A DNA stretch of 64,000 bases from Verrucomicrobiia bacterium (lineage in GTDB: Bacteria > Verrucomicrobiota > Verrucomicrobiia > Limisphaerales > UBA1319): contig OY760937.1 of NCBI GenBank assembly GCA_963664225.1, positions 1,536,001 to 1,600,000 of the forward strand. The letters run 5' to 3'. The first letter of the stretch is position 1, and every line of letters begins with the position of its first letter. The notes beneath the pieces were generated by a model. That model was given only the letters and a program-made list of their open reading frames with translations, was not told the DNA's origin and did no database searches. Made by a program: the position numbers and the translations under genes. Positions 40,189-50,800 of the stretch are shown in pieces.

Positions 40189-40631
40189 TGTTGGCGGCGG
40201 CGCGAACCTTTAAGGATATGGCCGTTGAGAAGTTGATATTGAAACCGGGCAAATAATCGAGGTGTGAGGTCCAAAAGTGAGGCGGGCGAAGGGGCGATAT
40301 TTCTGGAGGCCCACTGGGGATCAAGGAACACACCGGCAGGCCGGGAAGAAGCCGGTGTGCAACGGAAGATTAAAAGACTTCAGGATCAGTTTTCGACCTG
40401 ATCCTTCATTCGATAGCTGGATCCTTCGATTACAATGATCTCGGCATGGTGCAACAGGCGATCCAAGACCGCGGAGGCAATGGTGCTGTCATTGTTAAGG
40501 ATCGAAGACCACTGTTTAAAGGGTTTGTTGGTGGTTAAAATCAACGATCCACGCTCATAGCGATGGCTGATCACCTGGAAGAGCAAATCGGCCCCATGCT
40601 GGTCAATGGGCAGATATCCGACCTCATCGAG
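40189..40631 (-). mobile_element. istB: IS21-family remnant A: 3' half of istB plus terminus
   Basis: LDEVGYLPID...LFQVISHRYERGSLILTTN...LDRLLHH...GSSYR (40386-40631); TGTTGGCG terminus at 40189. Confidence 0.75.
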
Positions 40632-40659
40632 TTATGTGGAGCTCCACATAACTCGATGA
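40624..40659. repeat. Perfect 36-bp palindrome joining two istB halves
   Basis: TCATCGAGTTATGTGGAG|CTCCACATAACTCGATGA. Confidence 0.95.
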
Positions 40660-40714
40660 CCTCGGGTACGTTCAGCAAGATCGGGAAGAAATGGAAGTGC
40701 TCTTTACCTTTCTA

Positions 40715-41920
40715 GTGTAGTGTCTCACAAACGACTGGAGTTATTATTCCTTTGTTTTTCGCATTCTGAAACGGGTGCATCCGGGTTTAATCCGCTCGAG
40801 CGTCTGTTTGCACCGGCTTAGTTTATCGACAATCGACTCGACCCTCGCCGTCCACACGAATGGTTTGGGGTCGTCGTTCCAGGCAGCGAGGAATTCCGCG
40901 ATGGCCGACTGCAAATCCGCCACGCTGACAAAGACTCCACGGCGAATGCGTTTGCCGGTCAGCTCACCAAACCACCGTTCCACCAGGTTTAGCCAACTCG
41001 AGCTGGTTGGGACGAAATGAGCTATGAAACGGTCATGCCGTTTGAACCAGCGCTGCACTCGCGGGTGCTTATGCGTGCCATAATTATCCATGACCACATG
41101 CAACTTGATCTCACCGGGAAACTCCGCATCCAACCGTTGCATAAACTTCAAAAACTCATGGTGGCGATGGCGTGCGTAACATTGACCAACGACCTTGCCT
41201 TGCGCCAGTTCCAGGGCGGCGAATAACGTCGTCGTGCCGTTGCGCTTGTAGTCATGGGTCATCGTTCCACAACGACCTTTCTTGAGTGGCAATCCTGGCT
41301 GCGTGCGATCCAAGGCCTGAATTTGGCTCTTTTCATCGACACAGAGCACCAAAGCCTTCTCGGGAGGGTTCAGATACAAGCCAACAACATCGGTGAGCTT
41401 CCTCAGAAATTCCGGATCCCGCGAAAGTTTGAAGCCTTTGGTCCGATGCGGCTTGATCTGATGGCTTTGCCAGATCCGGTTCACGGTAGCCTTGCTCACG
41501 CCTCGGGCTTTGGCCATCGTGCGACAACTCCAGTGCGTGGCTCCCGCAGGCTTGGTTTGGAGTGTCGCCGCGATCACTTGCTCGACATCTTCGGCAGTTA
41601 AGGCGGGCTTGCGTCCGCGCCCCTCGGCCACCTCCCACAGGCTCTCAGGGCCTTCGATCACAAAGCGCTTCCGCCACAAGGCCACGGTCTTGAAATTGAG
41701 GCTCAGGTCGTCGGCGATCAACTTGTCTTGCTGACCTTGGGCTGCAGCTAAAACAATACGGCATCGTTGCGAAACTTGCTGGGGTGTGTGATGTGCTGCC
41801 ACCCAACGTTCCAGCTCTTGGCGATCAGTTTCGGTTAAATTTAAAGTGATTGCGTGTCGCGGCATGCAGGTAAAATAACCCGCAGAACGTATAACGCCCG
41901 TTATTTATGAGACACTACAC
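40715..41920 (-). mobile_element. Intact IS630-family insertion sequence
   Basis: 17-bp terminal IRs GTGTAGTGTCTCA[C/T]AAA; TA duplication in CTAG; removing it restores the istB frame. Confidence 0.93.
40744..41865 (-). CDS. IS630-family transposase
   Basis: THWSCR, VDEKSQIQALDR, HDYKRNGT, MDNYGTHK, SSWLNLVERWF. Confidence 0.95.
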   Translation of the reverse strand: MPRHAITLNLTETDRQELERWVAAHHTPQQVSQRCRIVLAAAQGQQDKLIADDLSLNFKTVALWRKRFVIEGPESLWEVAEGRGRKPALTAEDVEQVIAATLQTKPAGATHWSCRTMAKARGVSKATVNRIWQSHQIKPHRTKGFKLSRDPEFLRKLTDVVGLYLNPPEKALVLCVDEKSQIQALDRTQPGLPLKKGRCGTMTHDYKRNGTTTLFAALELAQGKVVGQCYARHRHHEFLKFMQRLDAEFPGEIKLHVVMDNYGTHKHPRVQRWFKRHDRFIAHFVPTSSSWLNLVERWFGELTGKRIRRGVFVSVADLQSAIAEFLAAWNDDPKPFVWTARVESIVDKLSRCKQTLERIKPGCTRFRMRKTKE

Positions 41921-42228
41921 TAGCGGAGCGTTACGAGCGCCGCAGTTTGATGATTAGCAGCAATCTGGTTTTTTCCAAGTGGGATCAGATTTTCAAGGAC
42001 CCGATGACAACCATGGCGGCGGTGGACCGGTTGGTGCATCACGCGGTCATTCTGGTTTTCAACAACGAAAGCATTCGGGAAAAAGAAGCGAAAAATAAAA
42101 CTCGGGCCTAACCCGGCATGCTAACATCAAAATTAACCATGAAAACCAACAGGAGAAGTGGGGAATTATAATTGTCGTTGGTGCGGAATAATAATTGTCG
42201 TTGACCAATGACCAAAGAAAACCTTGTT

Positions 42229-42303
42229 TTCGCCCAACTCATTTATCGTGATAGCTTGCGAGATATCGAAGCCTGTCTTCGCGCCCGGCCCAGTTTGCTC
42301 TAC
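42229..42303 (+). pseudogene. IS4-family (DUF4372) transposase fragment
   Basis: FAQLIYRDSLRDIEACLRARPSLLY resembles the IS4/DUF4372 N-terminal motif. Confidence 0.6.
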
Positions 42304-42328
42304 CAGTATGCCGACCCGGCTCAACGGT

Positions 42329-42508
42329 TCATCGCTCGCGCCAGAAAAGGCCAGCTTCAGCAACAGCTCCTGGGAATTTGTTGGGCGGCTGCGTTCTGGA
42401 ATAACAACCCGTTCGAGTGTCCACCGCCGTCAGGGGCGCGTTGGCCAGATAATGTGCGCAACCACCGGCAAACAGCGCAGCCGTCAGAGGAACAATTAAG
42501 AATCTCAT
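42329..42508 (-). pseudogene. Frameshifted, truncated patatin-like lipoprotein remnant
   Basis: Lipobox FAGGC followed by AHYLANAPL; a shifted frame gives NSQELLLKLAFSG, resembling the start of the patatin SGGG motif. Confidence 0.4.
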
Positions 42509-42741
42509 TCCCACGGCTTTTCCCCATCTACAACGAAAGGCAGCTGGTGCTCGTAATCCGCCAAGTCTCGCCCATCGCTGTTAGTCGTCGGACGCAGTGT
42601 GTCAAAATAGCTGAGCGCACACGCGGGACTGCAGAGCACTATTCTCTTCTCTTCACGAGGCACTCGACAGAACCAGATGTCCACCGCCAACTCCTTGCCA
42701 CAAGTGAAGCACTTCTGTGCGTTGCCATCCTCCAACGTCAC
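42505..42741 (-). CDS. Small TRASH/zinc-ribbon-like protein
   Basis: CFTCG...LCSPACA. Confidence 0.55.
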   Translation of the reverse strand: MTLEDGNAQKCFTCGKELAVDIWFCRVPREEKRIVLCSPACALSYFDTLRPTTNSDGRDLADYEHQLPFVVDGEKPWE

Positions 42742-42750
42742 AGCGTCACC

Positions 42751-42996
42751 TCATGCGCTATCGCCATGGGCTTTTGTTCTTTCCCGGCGGGGTGTGGTTC
42801 TGTAAACCGATGCATCGCTCTGAGTTCGGTTCTTTGGCTCTGGATTTTGCTGGTTACTCATCGAATTCGTAAGTGTCATGCAGGAGTTGCCGCGCCGTTC
42901 GCGCTTCTTGCGAGTAACGGAACGAGAAAGGTAGTCCCAACGCGCGTGGTGAGTTGCGAAGAATTCGGAGTCTAAGGGATTAATATGATTCTTCAT
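42751..42996 (-). CDS. Hypothetical protein
   Basis: Co-oriented ORF within the minus-strand run; no motif recognised. Confidence 0.3.
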   Translation of the reverse strand: MKNHINPLDSEFFATHHARWDYLSRSVTRKKRERRGNSCMTLTNSMSNQQNPEPKNRTQSDASVYRTTPRRERTKAHGDSA

Positions 42997-43101
42997 AGAT
43001 TATTTGGACGACGAGGCTCTGGAATGTGGGTGGAAAGGGAGTCTGATCCAGAGCACTTGCCGCTCGTCACGAAAAAGTGCACTTCTTCGCCTACATCTCG
43101 G

Positions 43102-43404
43102 TCAATCCTCCAAGAAGTCTTCCCAATCGCCGACCGGCCTGGTGAAAGTGTCTCTAGCTGGCACCGCCACCAGCGCGTGCGCCACCTTTTTCACGCTTCC
43201 TGCTGGGATTGTGACAGGGAGACTGACCACAAACACTGCCGATCCAAGCAGTGCCAGGGCGCAGGTGATCGGACGCGTCACGGTCAGATCGACCACGACC
43301 GAGACCGCGTCCGCCTCCCACTCAGAGGACCCAAATACTGAGGTTGGGCTGATCATCACGAGCACTAGCACACAGATGACGGTTGGTATTAGTTTGTTCT
43401 TCAT
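43102..43404 (-). CDS. Small exported/membrane protein of a conserved hypothetical family
   Basis: Signal peptide; DLTVTRP...FVVSLP...LVAVPARDTFTRPVG. Confidence 0.7.
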   Translation of the reverse strand: MKNKLIPTVICVLVLVMISPTSVFGSSEWEADAVSVVVDLTVTRPITCALALLGSAVFVVSLPVTIPAGSVKKVAHALVAVPARDTFTRPVGDWEDFLED

Positions 43405-43521
43405 GCCTGTGTCTCAATGTTCAATGGGGGCTGGGCTCACAAGGCCTCGCCGATGCGGGCATAATGCAATTCCGCCATTATCTTAGGCCTGTTGATTTGT
43501 TAATTTCATCTGGAGAAAGTC

Positions 43522-44232
43522 TCAGAAGAACCAAGTCAGGCCACTGCTGAACAGAAACGAGTTAACGCCGTGATTAGGCTGGTCAATACCCGCATTGGAC
43601 AGGTGGATGTAGCGCCCATCGAATGTGAGCGCGAGATTCTTCCGCAAGACCCAGTGAAACCCGACTCCCGCCTGGAGATTGAATTCGAAAGTTGTGCTCA
43701 AGTCTGGGCGCCCAATGTCAGTTGCCGTGACACCGGCGCCGCCGTCAATAAATGGGTCCAGCCGCGAGCCTGGCAGGAAATGATAGCGCGCGACCGGCGT
43801 GAGCCCAACCAAGTAGGCGCTATCGGGGTGAAACTGTGCGCCACTCCACAATTCGCCGGCCAATTCCACATGGCGGAGAAGCGGCCTTCCCGACTCCAGC
43901 AGTTTTCCAACGTGCAGCGTAGCTGCCGTGAGATGGTGTGATTCAGCGCTGCCCATGTCACTCACACCGAAGCCTGCGCCCAGAGTGAAGCCCATGTTCC
44001 AATTTGTGGACAAGAGTGCATGCGGATCGGGAAGGGTTGGTAATGCAGGCGCGTGCTCAAGGCTTGGCATGGGCGCAAAGGGAGACGAATCTTGGGCGTG
44101 GGCGGCGCATACAAAAAGTGAGATTGCTAAAGCCAGGAATCGTTTATGGGGTCTCTGGTCGAGGCTGCTGAAAGCAGGCCGCGATCTCGGCTTTGGGGTG
44201 CGAACACTAACAAGAATGTTTGGATATTTCAT
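43522..44232 (-). CDS. Acyloxyacyl hydrolase / PagL-like lipid A deacylase beta-barrel
   Basis: GLTPVARYHF, PFIDGGAG, FEFNLQAGVG, RYIHLSNAGIDQPNHGVN, terminal WFF. Confidence 0.85.
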   Translation of the reverse strand: MKYPNILVSVRTPKPRSRPAFSSLDQRPHKRFLALAISLFVCAAHAQDSSPFAPMPSLEHAPALPTLPDPHALLSTNWNMGFTLGAGFGVSDMGSAESHHLTAATLHVGKLLESGRPLLRHVELAGELWSGAQFHPDSAYLVGLTPVARYHFLPGSRLDPFIDGGAGVTATDIGRPDLSTTFEFNLQAGVGFHWVLRKNLALTFDGRYIHLSNAGIDQPNHGVNSFLFSSGLTWFF

Positions 44233-44516
44233 GGGTTTATAGGGTTTGCCTGAGTCTTTCCTTTAATCCGGGCTGGCGTTGGATCTGTCGATCCATTGGC
44301 CTGCGTCGCATCACTTTCGCCACATACGCCAGGTCCTACGGGAAATATGTGTATGGACGCTGGAATACTTGGGCTCTTTAGGCCCAGTTCTGGCCGCAGT
44401 TCGTTCCTGTGGTTATCGTCGTCCACCGCACAGTTATTTTCATTGCCGGGCTGATCGTGCCAAAGGAAACCGCAGGCCACAGCCAGGACGATGAAAGCGA
44501 CAATCAGGATGAGCAT
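44229..44516 (-). CDS. Hypothetical membrane-anchored protein
   Basis: N-terminal hydrophobic helix; ATGA overlap with the pagL-like gene. Confidence 0.4.
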   Translation of the reverse strand: MLILIVAFIVLAVACGFLWHDQPGNENNCAVDDDNHRNELRPELGLKSPSIPASIHIFPVGPGVCGESDATQANGSTDPTPARIKGKTQANPINP

Positions 44517-44728
44517 AAGCGTACCGTTCTCTATGGCTCTACAGGTGCCAGTACCTGCTACCGACCGCTGGATAGCCGTTATTCGGGTTGTATTGCCACG
44601 GGTCAACATCTTCTTGGACTCGGGCTGAAGTGTAGCCTTTTCGCAGGACAAGCCCCGTGGCGGCACCCAGAGCCAAGTGGCCTGGCGGATACATTGCCAC
44701 GGTCATTGCCAAGTGTTGCTGGACCTCT

Positions 44729-45181
44729 TCACGCATCACAATCTCCTCTCATTGCTTTGGTTGGTTCTACTCCTGGGTGCTGAGGCACCTCGAAATGTGC
44801 GTTGTGCATTAACGGTGGGGTTCTTCGCACCCAAACCTCCGCCTTCTGGGCATCGATGAAATACGTTAGAAATGTGCCGCCTTTGCGAGCCAACTGCTCT
44901 ATCAGTCTGGCGTGCTTTGCCTGGTCCTGTCGCACAACCAGCGCAATTCGGACGCTCCGAGGCAGGCTTCGAGATAACGATTTACCAAGACCGAACACTT
45001 CGGCCCCTTTGGGGACGGATTGCATGGCAGTGACATTCACGATAATCCGGTTCCATCGTTTTGCAGCCAATAATTCCGCGACATCCTGCTGAGCCGCCGC
45101 TGTTTCGGCCAGGGACATCGTCCCATCGTGGGTAACAAACGCGCACATCGCTTCTTCAAATTGATTTATGTAATACGACAT
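44729..45181 (-). CDS. Hypothetical protein (STAS/SEC14-like)
   Basis: RIIVNVT...RIALVV...FIDAQKAEVWV pattern. Confidence 0.55.
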   Translation of the reverse strand: MSYYINQFEEAMCAFVTHDGTMSLAETAAAQQDVAELLAAKRWNRIIVNVTAMQSVPKGAEVFGLGKSLSRSLPRSVRIALVVRQDQAKHARLIEQLARKGGTFLTYFIDAQKAEVWVRRTPPLMHNAHFEVPQHPGVEPTKAMRGDCDA

Positions 45182-45522
45182 GCAGAAGAACCTTTCATTG
45201 GATTCGTTTACGACTGGTTTGCGTGAACCAAGGAATGCTTCACATAGGTGGCTTCTGGAGAGGTTTGGCTGACAGCCGTTGGAACAACTAAATCCATCGT
45301 TCGAGAAAGTTTAGTGTGTGTCCCCCTTATCATGCGGGAAGCGGATGCTGGCGGGCTCCCGCTTGCGCGACGCATGACCACGCGTAATATTCGATGTATG
45401 GGATCCGACGTTTGGCAATGACTGTATTCCTTGGTGAGCCGAAACAGGCCACGCGTCACACCCGGCTGGAATTTTCCGTGGAAAACGATCCTCATAACTC
45501 CTGCGTCCGGTTCCCATTGCGG

Positions 45523-46077
45523 TCATTCATATCTCAATCTAGTCTGTGGGTGTGTGAGACAAGGCAGCGCGGTGCCTCGATCCCCCCAAAGGCAATCCCG
45601 AACCGCCACAAATACCCGGTTCTCCTTTCGGGCCAATTTGCGCAAAAACACTTGGGCCTTACTCTCATCACCCGGTTCATCTCCGGTGAGGTCGAAAAAT
45701 CCGACTGACGCCCGTGGTTCGCGTTCTTGAGAAAGCCAGCTTTCCGACCCGCGTTGAACATACGACGGCAAGGCCGTCGGTGTTGACTGGCAGAACACGA
45801 CCCAGTTCGCTGTGCCAACGGCCTGACTGGCAGTAGCCATTCCCAACGGCTGTGCAATACCGGCATAGGACCAGTATTTCCATTTGGGTTGTTCAGAGGG
45901 GCATACACGCTCAAAAAAGGTTGTGAGGTGCCAAACATAAGTCAGCAAGAAGGCTTCGTGATCCACAATCAGTATGCGAACCGATTGGTCGCCCTTTTGA
46001 GCCGCAAGCAATTCGAGGCTGGACGTTGGAATTCCCGGCAGCCGCTGTTCCATCCTCTTTGAATGGACCATACGCAT
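45523..46077 (-). CDS. Hypothetical protein
   Basis: Co-oriented ORF starting just after the DUF2934 gene. Confidence 0.4.
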   Translation of the reverse strand: MRMVHSKRMEQRLPGIPTSSLELLAAQKGDQSVRILIVDHEAFLLTYVWHLTTFFERVCPSEQPKWKYWSYAGIAQPLGMATASQAVGTANWVVFCQSTPTALPSYVQRGSESWLSQEREPRASVGFFDLTGDEPGDESKAQVFLRKLARKENRVFVAVRDCLWGDRGTALPCLTHPQTRLRYE

Positions 46078-46079
46078 GG

Positions 46080-46322
46080 TTAAGTGCCTGGGTTTGAGAA
46101 ATCGGAGGCATGCTGCATTTCGGCTTTGATTTCGCGCTCCGCTTGCAGCCAATCATCCAAGTCCTGCCCCATGCCACCGCCTCTCGTCATATGGATTTCG
46201 TAGGCGCGCCGACGAATGAGGTCCCTGGGAATGGACGCGTTTGCATGGACGATCTTTGTCAACCCATCCTCACGTTCCGGGTTATTGGCGCCAGTCTTTT
46301 TATTGTTCTGCTTTTTGTTCAT
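46080..46322 (-). CDS. DUF2934 domain protein
   Basis: IRRRAYEIHMTRGGGMGQDLDDWLQAEREI. Confidence 0.85.
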   Translation of the reverse strand: MNKKQNNKKTGANNPEREDGLTKIVHANASIPRDLIRRRAYEIHMTRGGGMGQDLDDWLQAEREIKAEMQHASDFSNPGT

Positions 46323-46353
46323 AATGTTGCCTCGACTCAGTGTCTTTTACCGC

Positions 46354-47823
46354 TCAGTTGTTTTTTGGCTTAACTGAGGCAGAAGCCAAACTATCTGGCC
46401 CGTTGGATTGACTTTCCGTTTCCCAGCCGCCGCCCAGCACGGCGTAAAGGCTCACCTGGTTGGCGAGTTTTGCCAGACGGAGGGAAACGAGTCCCTGTTG
46501 CGCGGCATAGAGCGACCTTTGTGCATCAAGCACATTCAGATAGCTATCAATCCCCTTGTCATAGCGGGAAGTGGATAAGCGATAGGTTTTTTCCACAGCC
46601 TTGACCAGGGATTGTTGCGCATCCAGTTGCTGGCCCACCGTGCCGCGAACAGTCAGAGTGTCCGCCACTTCCCGGAAGGAATCTTGAATCGACTTTTCGT
46701 ATGAGGTCACAGCAATTTGCTGCTGCACCCTGGCGCCCCTGTGAGCAGCCCAGACCCGTGCGTCGAAAATAGGCATCACAATCTGCGGTGCGTAGCTCCA
46801 GGTGCCTGAACCGGACTTGAAGAGTCCATCCAGATCGCTGCTGGCGGTCCCCACCGCGGCAGTCAGTGAAATGCGCGGGAAAAACGCCGCGCGCGCGGCA
46901 CCAATGTTCGCATTGGCGGCCTTGAGCATGTTTTCAGCCTGGAGAACATCCGGGCGGCCAAGAAGCACCTCAGAGGTCAGCCCGGCTTGGACTTCCATGG
47001 GGGGAGCAACCGTCCCCAGCTCGGCAGGCAGCAGTTCGACCGGCACTGTGGAACCAGCCAGTAGGTTCAGGGCATTTTGGTACTGCGCCACCAATTGTGT
47101 GAAACGAGCGACATCGCCGCAGGCGGAATCCACCTGGGTTTGCGCGCGCAACAAATCCAACTCAGGTAGAAGACCGAGCGTGTAGCGCCGTTTGATCAGA
47201 TCATAAGAGCCTCGTTGAGTCTCCAGGGTGGTCTGCGCCAGTTTGAGGTTTTCCTGAACTGCAGCCAGTGTCAGATAGGTGTTGGCCACCGTGGACACGA
47301 GCAGAATCTGGGCACTGCGGCGGGCTTGTTCCGTGGCCAGATATTGCTCCAAGGCGTTGTCCTTCAGGCTGCGGATGCGTCCGAAAAAGTCGATTTCCCA
47401 CGACGCAACCCCCAGATTGGCATCATATCGCTCAATAGTCTGCCTCTTTCCAGAACTCGAGAGATCCGCAGGCACCCGTTGTTTGCTGCCGCTGCCTGTG
47501 GCATCGACCACCGGCAGGAGGTTGGCCCGTTGAATACCGTATCCCACCCGTGCCTGTTCCACATTCAAGATTGAAAGACGCAGATCACGGTTGTTCGTTA
47601 GTGCCGTCCCGATGACCTTTTGAAGCTTCGCGTCGGTGAAGAATTCCCTCCACTTGAGCTGCGAAGCAACGGTGGCGTTGGTCGCCACTGCTGACTCGTA
47701 GGCCGCACCTGTTGGCCACTCGACCGGAATTGGGGCAGTCGGCCGCACATATTTCGGGGCCATGGTGCATCCGACCAAGGCGACGGCAATTCCAACCAAC
47801 ACCGGAAGAAGTTTCTTGTTCAT
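46354..47823 (-). CDS. OprM/NodT-family outer-membrane efflux lipoprotein
   Basis: Lipobox LVGC-TMAPKY, WEIDFFGRIRSL, RPDV...AARAAFFPRISLT, LGGGW. Confidence 0.93.
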   Translation of the reverse strand: MNKKLLPVLVGIAVALVGCTMAPKYVRPTAPIPVEWPTGAAYESAVATNATVASQLKWREFFTDAKLQKVIGTALTNNRDLRLSILNVEQARVGYGIQRANLLPVVDATGSGSKQRVPADLSSSGKRQTIERYDANLGVASWEIDFFGRIRSLKDNALEQYLATEQARRSAQILLVSTVANTYLTLAAVQENLKLAQTTLETQRGSYDLIKRRYTLGLLPELDLLRAQTQVDSACGDVARFTQLVAQYQNALNLLAGSTVPVELLPAELGTVAPPMEVQAGLTSEVLLGRPDVLQAENMLKAANANIGAARAAFFPRISLTAAVGTASSDLDGLFKSGSGTWSYAPQIVMPIFDARVWAAHRGARVQQQIAVTSYEKSIQDSFREVADTLTVRGTVGQQLDAQQSLVKAVEKTYRLSTSRYDKGIDSYLNVLDAQRSLYAAQQGLVSLRLAKLANQVSLYAVLGGGWETESQSNGPDSLASASVKPKNN

Positions 47824-50800
47824 TTATTGATTAGCAGATGGAGTTGTCGCGATGCTGTTGGCCTCTGATTGCAATTTGCGTTTACCGAAGGTTTTCTCGA
47901 TGACCACGTAGAACAACGGGGCAAATAAAATCGCGAGGAGCGTGCCGGTGATCATCCCGCCAAGCACTGAGGTGCCGATGGCATTCATAGCCCCTGCACC
48001 CGCGCCTGTGTTCAATGCCAGGGGCAGGACGCCAAACCCGAAGGCAAGCGAAGTCATGACGATGGGACGGAACCGCAGTTTGGTGGCTTCCAGCGTTGCC
48101 TCAATAAGGCCCATTCCCTGTTCAGCCCGGGCCTTGGCGAACTGGATGATGAGGATGGCATTCTTTGTGGTCAGACCCAAGGTGGTCAACAACCCGATCT
48201 GGAAATAGACGTCATTGGGCAATCCCCGCAGCGTTGAGGCGATGACGCCGCCGATGATCCCCAATGGTAGTACTAGCAGGATCGCAACGGGGATGGCCCA
48301 GCTTTCATAAAGGGCGGCGAGGCACAGAAAGATCACGAGAATGGAAAAGATGTAAAGCGGCGCCGACTGGGCGTTGGACATCCGTTCCTGGTACGAAAGC
48401 CCGGTCCAGTCATAGCCGACCCCCTGCGGCAGATTGGAGACAATCTCTTCCATGGCCTGCATCGCCTCACCCGAACTCCGGCCTGGCGCCGCCTCGCCCC
48501 AGATGTTCATGGACGGGAACCCATTGTAGCGCTCCAGTCGGGGCGAACCAGTGGTCCAGTGGCTGGAGGCAAGCGAGGCAAAGGGTGCCATCTTCCCGCT
48601 GGTATTTCGCACGTAGATTTTATTCAGATCCTCGGGCAGCATGCGGTGGTCGGTGTCCGCCTGGACAAAAACCCGTTTAACGCGGCCGCCTTGAATGAAG
48701 TTGTTGACGTAAGCACCACCGAAAGCCGCAGAGATTGTATTGTGGATCGAGGTGATGGGTGCTCCTAACGCTCCGGCTTTTTCCCAGTCCACGTCAATCC
48801 GGTATTCGGGCACATCCTCCATGCCGTTAGGCCGGACATTCACCAATCTCGGATCCAGCGCCACCATGTTCATCATTTGGTTGCGGGCGTTCAACAGGGA
48901 GGCATGACCGAGGCCGCCACGGTCCAGCAGCTGAAAATCAAATCCCTTGGCCATACCCAACTCGATAACCGACGGAGGCGGGAAGACAAACACCATGGCA
49001 CTGCGGATCTTGGACATCGCTCCCATGGCGCGTTCGGCGATGGCCTTGACCCGTAAATCCGGACGTTCACGCAGCTTCCAATCCTTCAGCTTGGCAAACA
49101 CCATGCCGTTGTTTTGTGCCCGGCCTGAGAAACCCATGCCGACAGCCGTCATGCACGATTCCACCGCCTCCTTTTCGTTTTCTTGAAAATAGCGTTGGAT
49201 TTCATCAGCAACCTCCTGGGTCTGTTCCATGGTGGCGCCTGTTGGCATGACGATCTGGGCGAATAAATTCCCCTGGTCTTCATCCGGGAGATAACTCTTG
49301 GGCATCCTGGCAAAAAGAAATCCCAGTCCTGCCACAATCAGGACGAACGCCGTGAGGTAGCGCAGTTTCCGGGCAAGCGCGTGGCCAACCAGTTTCACAT
49401 AGGCGTCCCGAAACCTGCAAAAGGCGCGATCAAACCACACGAAAAACGGACGCACAAACCAAATCGCCCCTTCTGCCGACTCGTGCCCTTTGGGCACTGG
49501 CTTGAGGAGTGTCGCGCACAACACTGGCGACAGAATCAAGGCCACGACCACGGACAGCAGCATGGCGGCGACAATGGTTACGGAAAACTGGCGATAGAGG
49601 ACGCCAGTGGATCCGCCAAAAAACGCCATGGGACCAAAGACCGCCGCGAGCACCAGACCGATGCCGATAAGGGCGGGGGTGATCTGGTCCATGGACTTGG
49701 CTGTGGCTTCCCGGGGCGAAAGCCCCTCCTCGCTCATGATCCGTTCCACGTTTTCAACGACCACGATGGCGTCATCCACCAGCAGGCCGATGGCCAGCAC
49801 CATCGCGAACATGGTTAGCATGTTGATGGAAAAGCCAAACGCTCCCAGCATTCCGAACGTGCCCAAGAGGACCACCGGCACAGCGATGGTGGGGACCAGT
49901 GTGGCGCGGATGTTCCCCATAAATAGATACATCACCACGAACACAAGCCCAATCGCCTCAAACAGGGTCTTAACGGTTTCATTGATGGCGACCTTGACGA
50001 ACGGGGTGGTGTCGTAGGGATACACGACCTTCATTCTCGGCGGGAAGTAGCGGCTCATCTCCGCCAATTTGGTCTTGATGGTATCCGCAGTCACCAGAGC
50101 GTTCGCCCCAGGTTCCATCCGGATGAGCATGCCGGCGGCAGGCTTCCCGTTGTATCTGACATCAACATCGTAGTAGTCCGTTCCCAGTTCCGTTCTCCCG
50201 ACGTCTTTGACCCGCACAATGGATCCGTCCGGATTGGTGCGCAGAGGAACGTTGGCAAACTCGTCAGGAGTCTTAAGGAGGCTCTGCACGATGATGTTGA
50301 CGTTTAATCGCTGACCTTTCCTCGCCGGTGCCCCTCCGAACTGGCCGGCGGAAACTTCCACGTTGTAGGCCCGCAGTGCCAGAACCACATCTTCGACGGT
50401 CAGGCGGTAATTGGTGAGCTTGTCCGGGTCGAGCCAGACGCGCATGGCATACTGGAAACCCAACTCCTGGATTTCACCCACACCGGGCACGCGGGCAAGA
50501 ACCTGCTCGAGTTTGGATTGAGCGTAATCCCGCAAATCGATGTCGCTCATGCTGCCGTCTTCAGAGATCAGGCCCACTGCCAGCAGGTAGTTTTTTGTGG
50601 CTTTTCCGACATCGACGCCTGTTTGCTGGACCACTTCCGGAAGGCTGGCCATGGCCGACTGGAGCTTGTTCTGCACCTTGACCCATGCAATGTCCGGATC
50701 GGTCCCAGGGGCAAAAGTCAGTTCGATCATGGAACTGCCGGCAGAATCGCTGGTGGAGGACATGTAGATCATCTTATCCAGGCCGGTCATCTTCTGTTCG

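Larger units (their letters stand above)
40652..42207 (+). mobile_element. istB: IS21-family remnant B: 3' half of a different istB, interrupted by IS630
   Basis: LDDLGYVQQDREEMEVLFTFL | AERYERRSLMISSN...AAVDRLVHH, stop at 42109-42111; tandem ATAATTGTCGTTG repeats ending TGACCA at 42207. Confidence 0.8.

Noticed and set aside
42208..42975. 255-aa plus-strand ORF
   Set aside because: Only the first ~30 aa resemble an IS4 fragment; the rest is antisense to small minus-strand genes.
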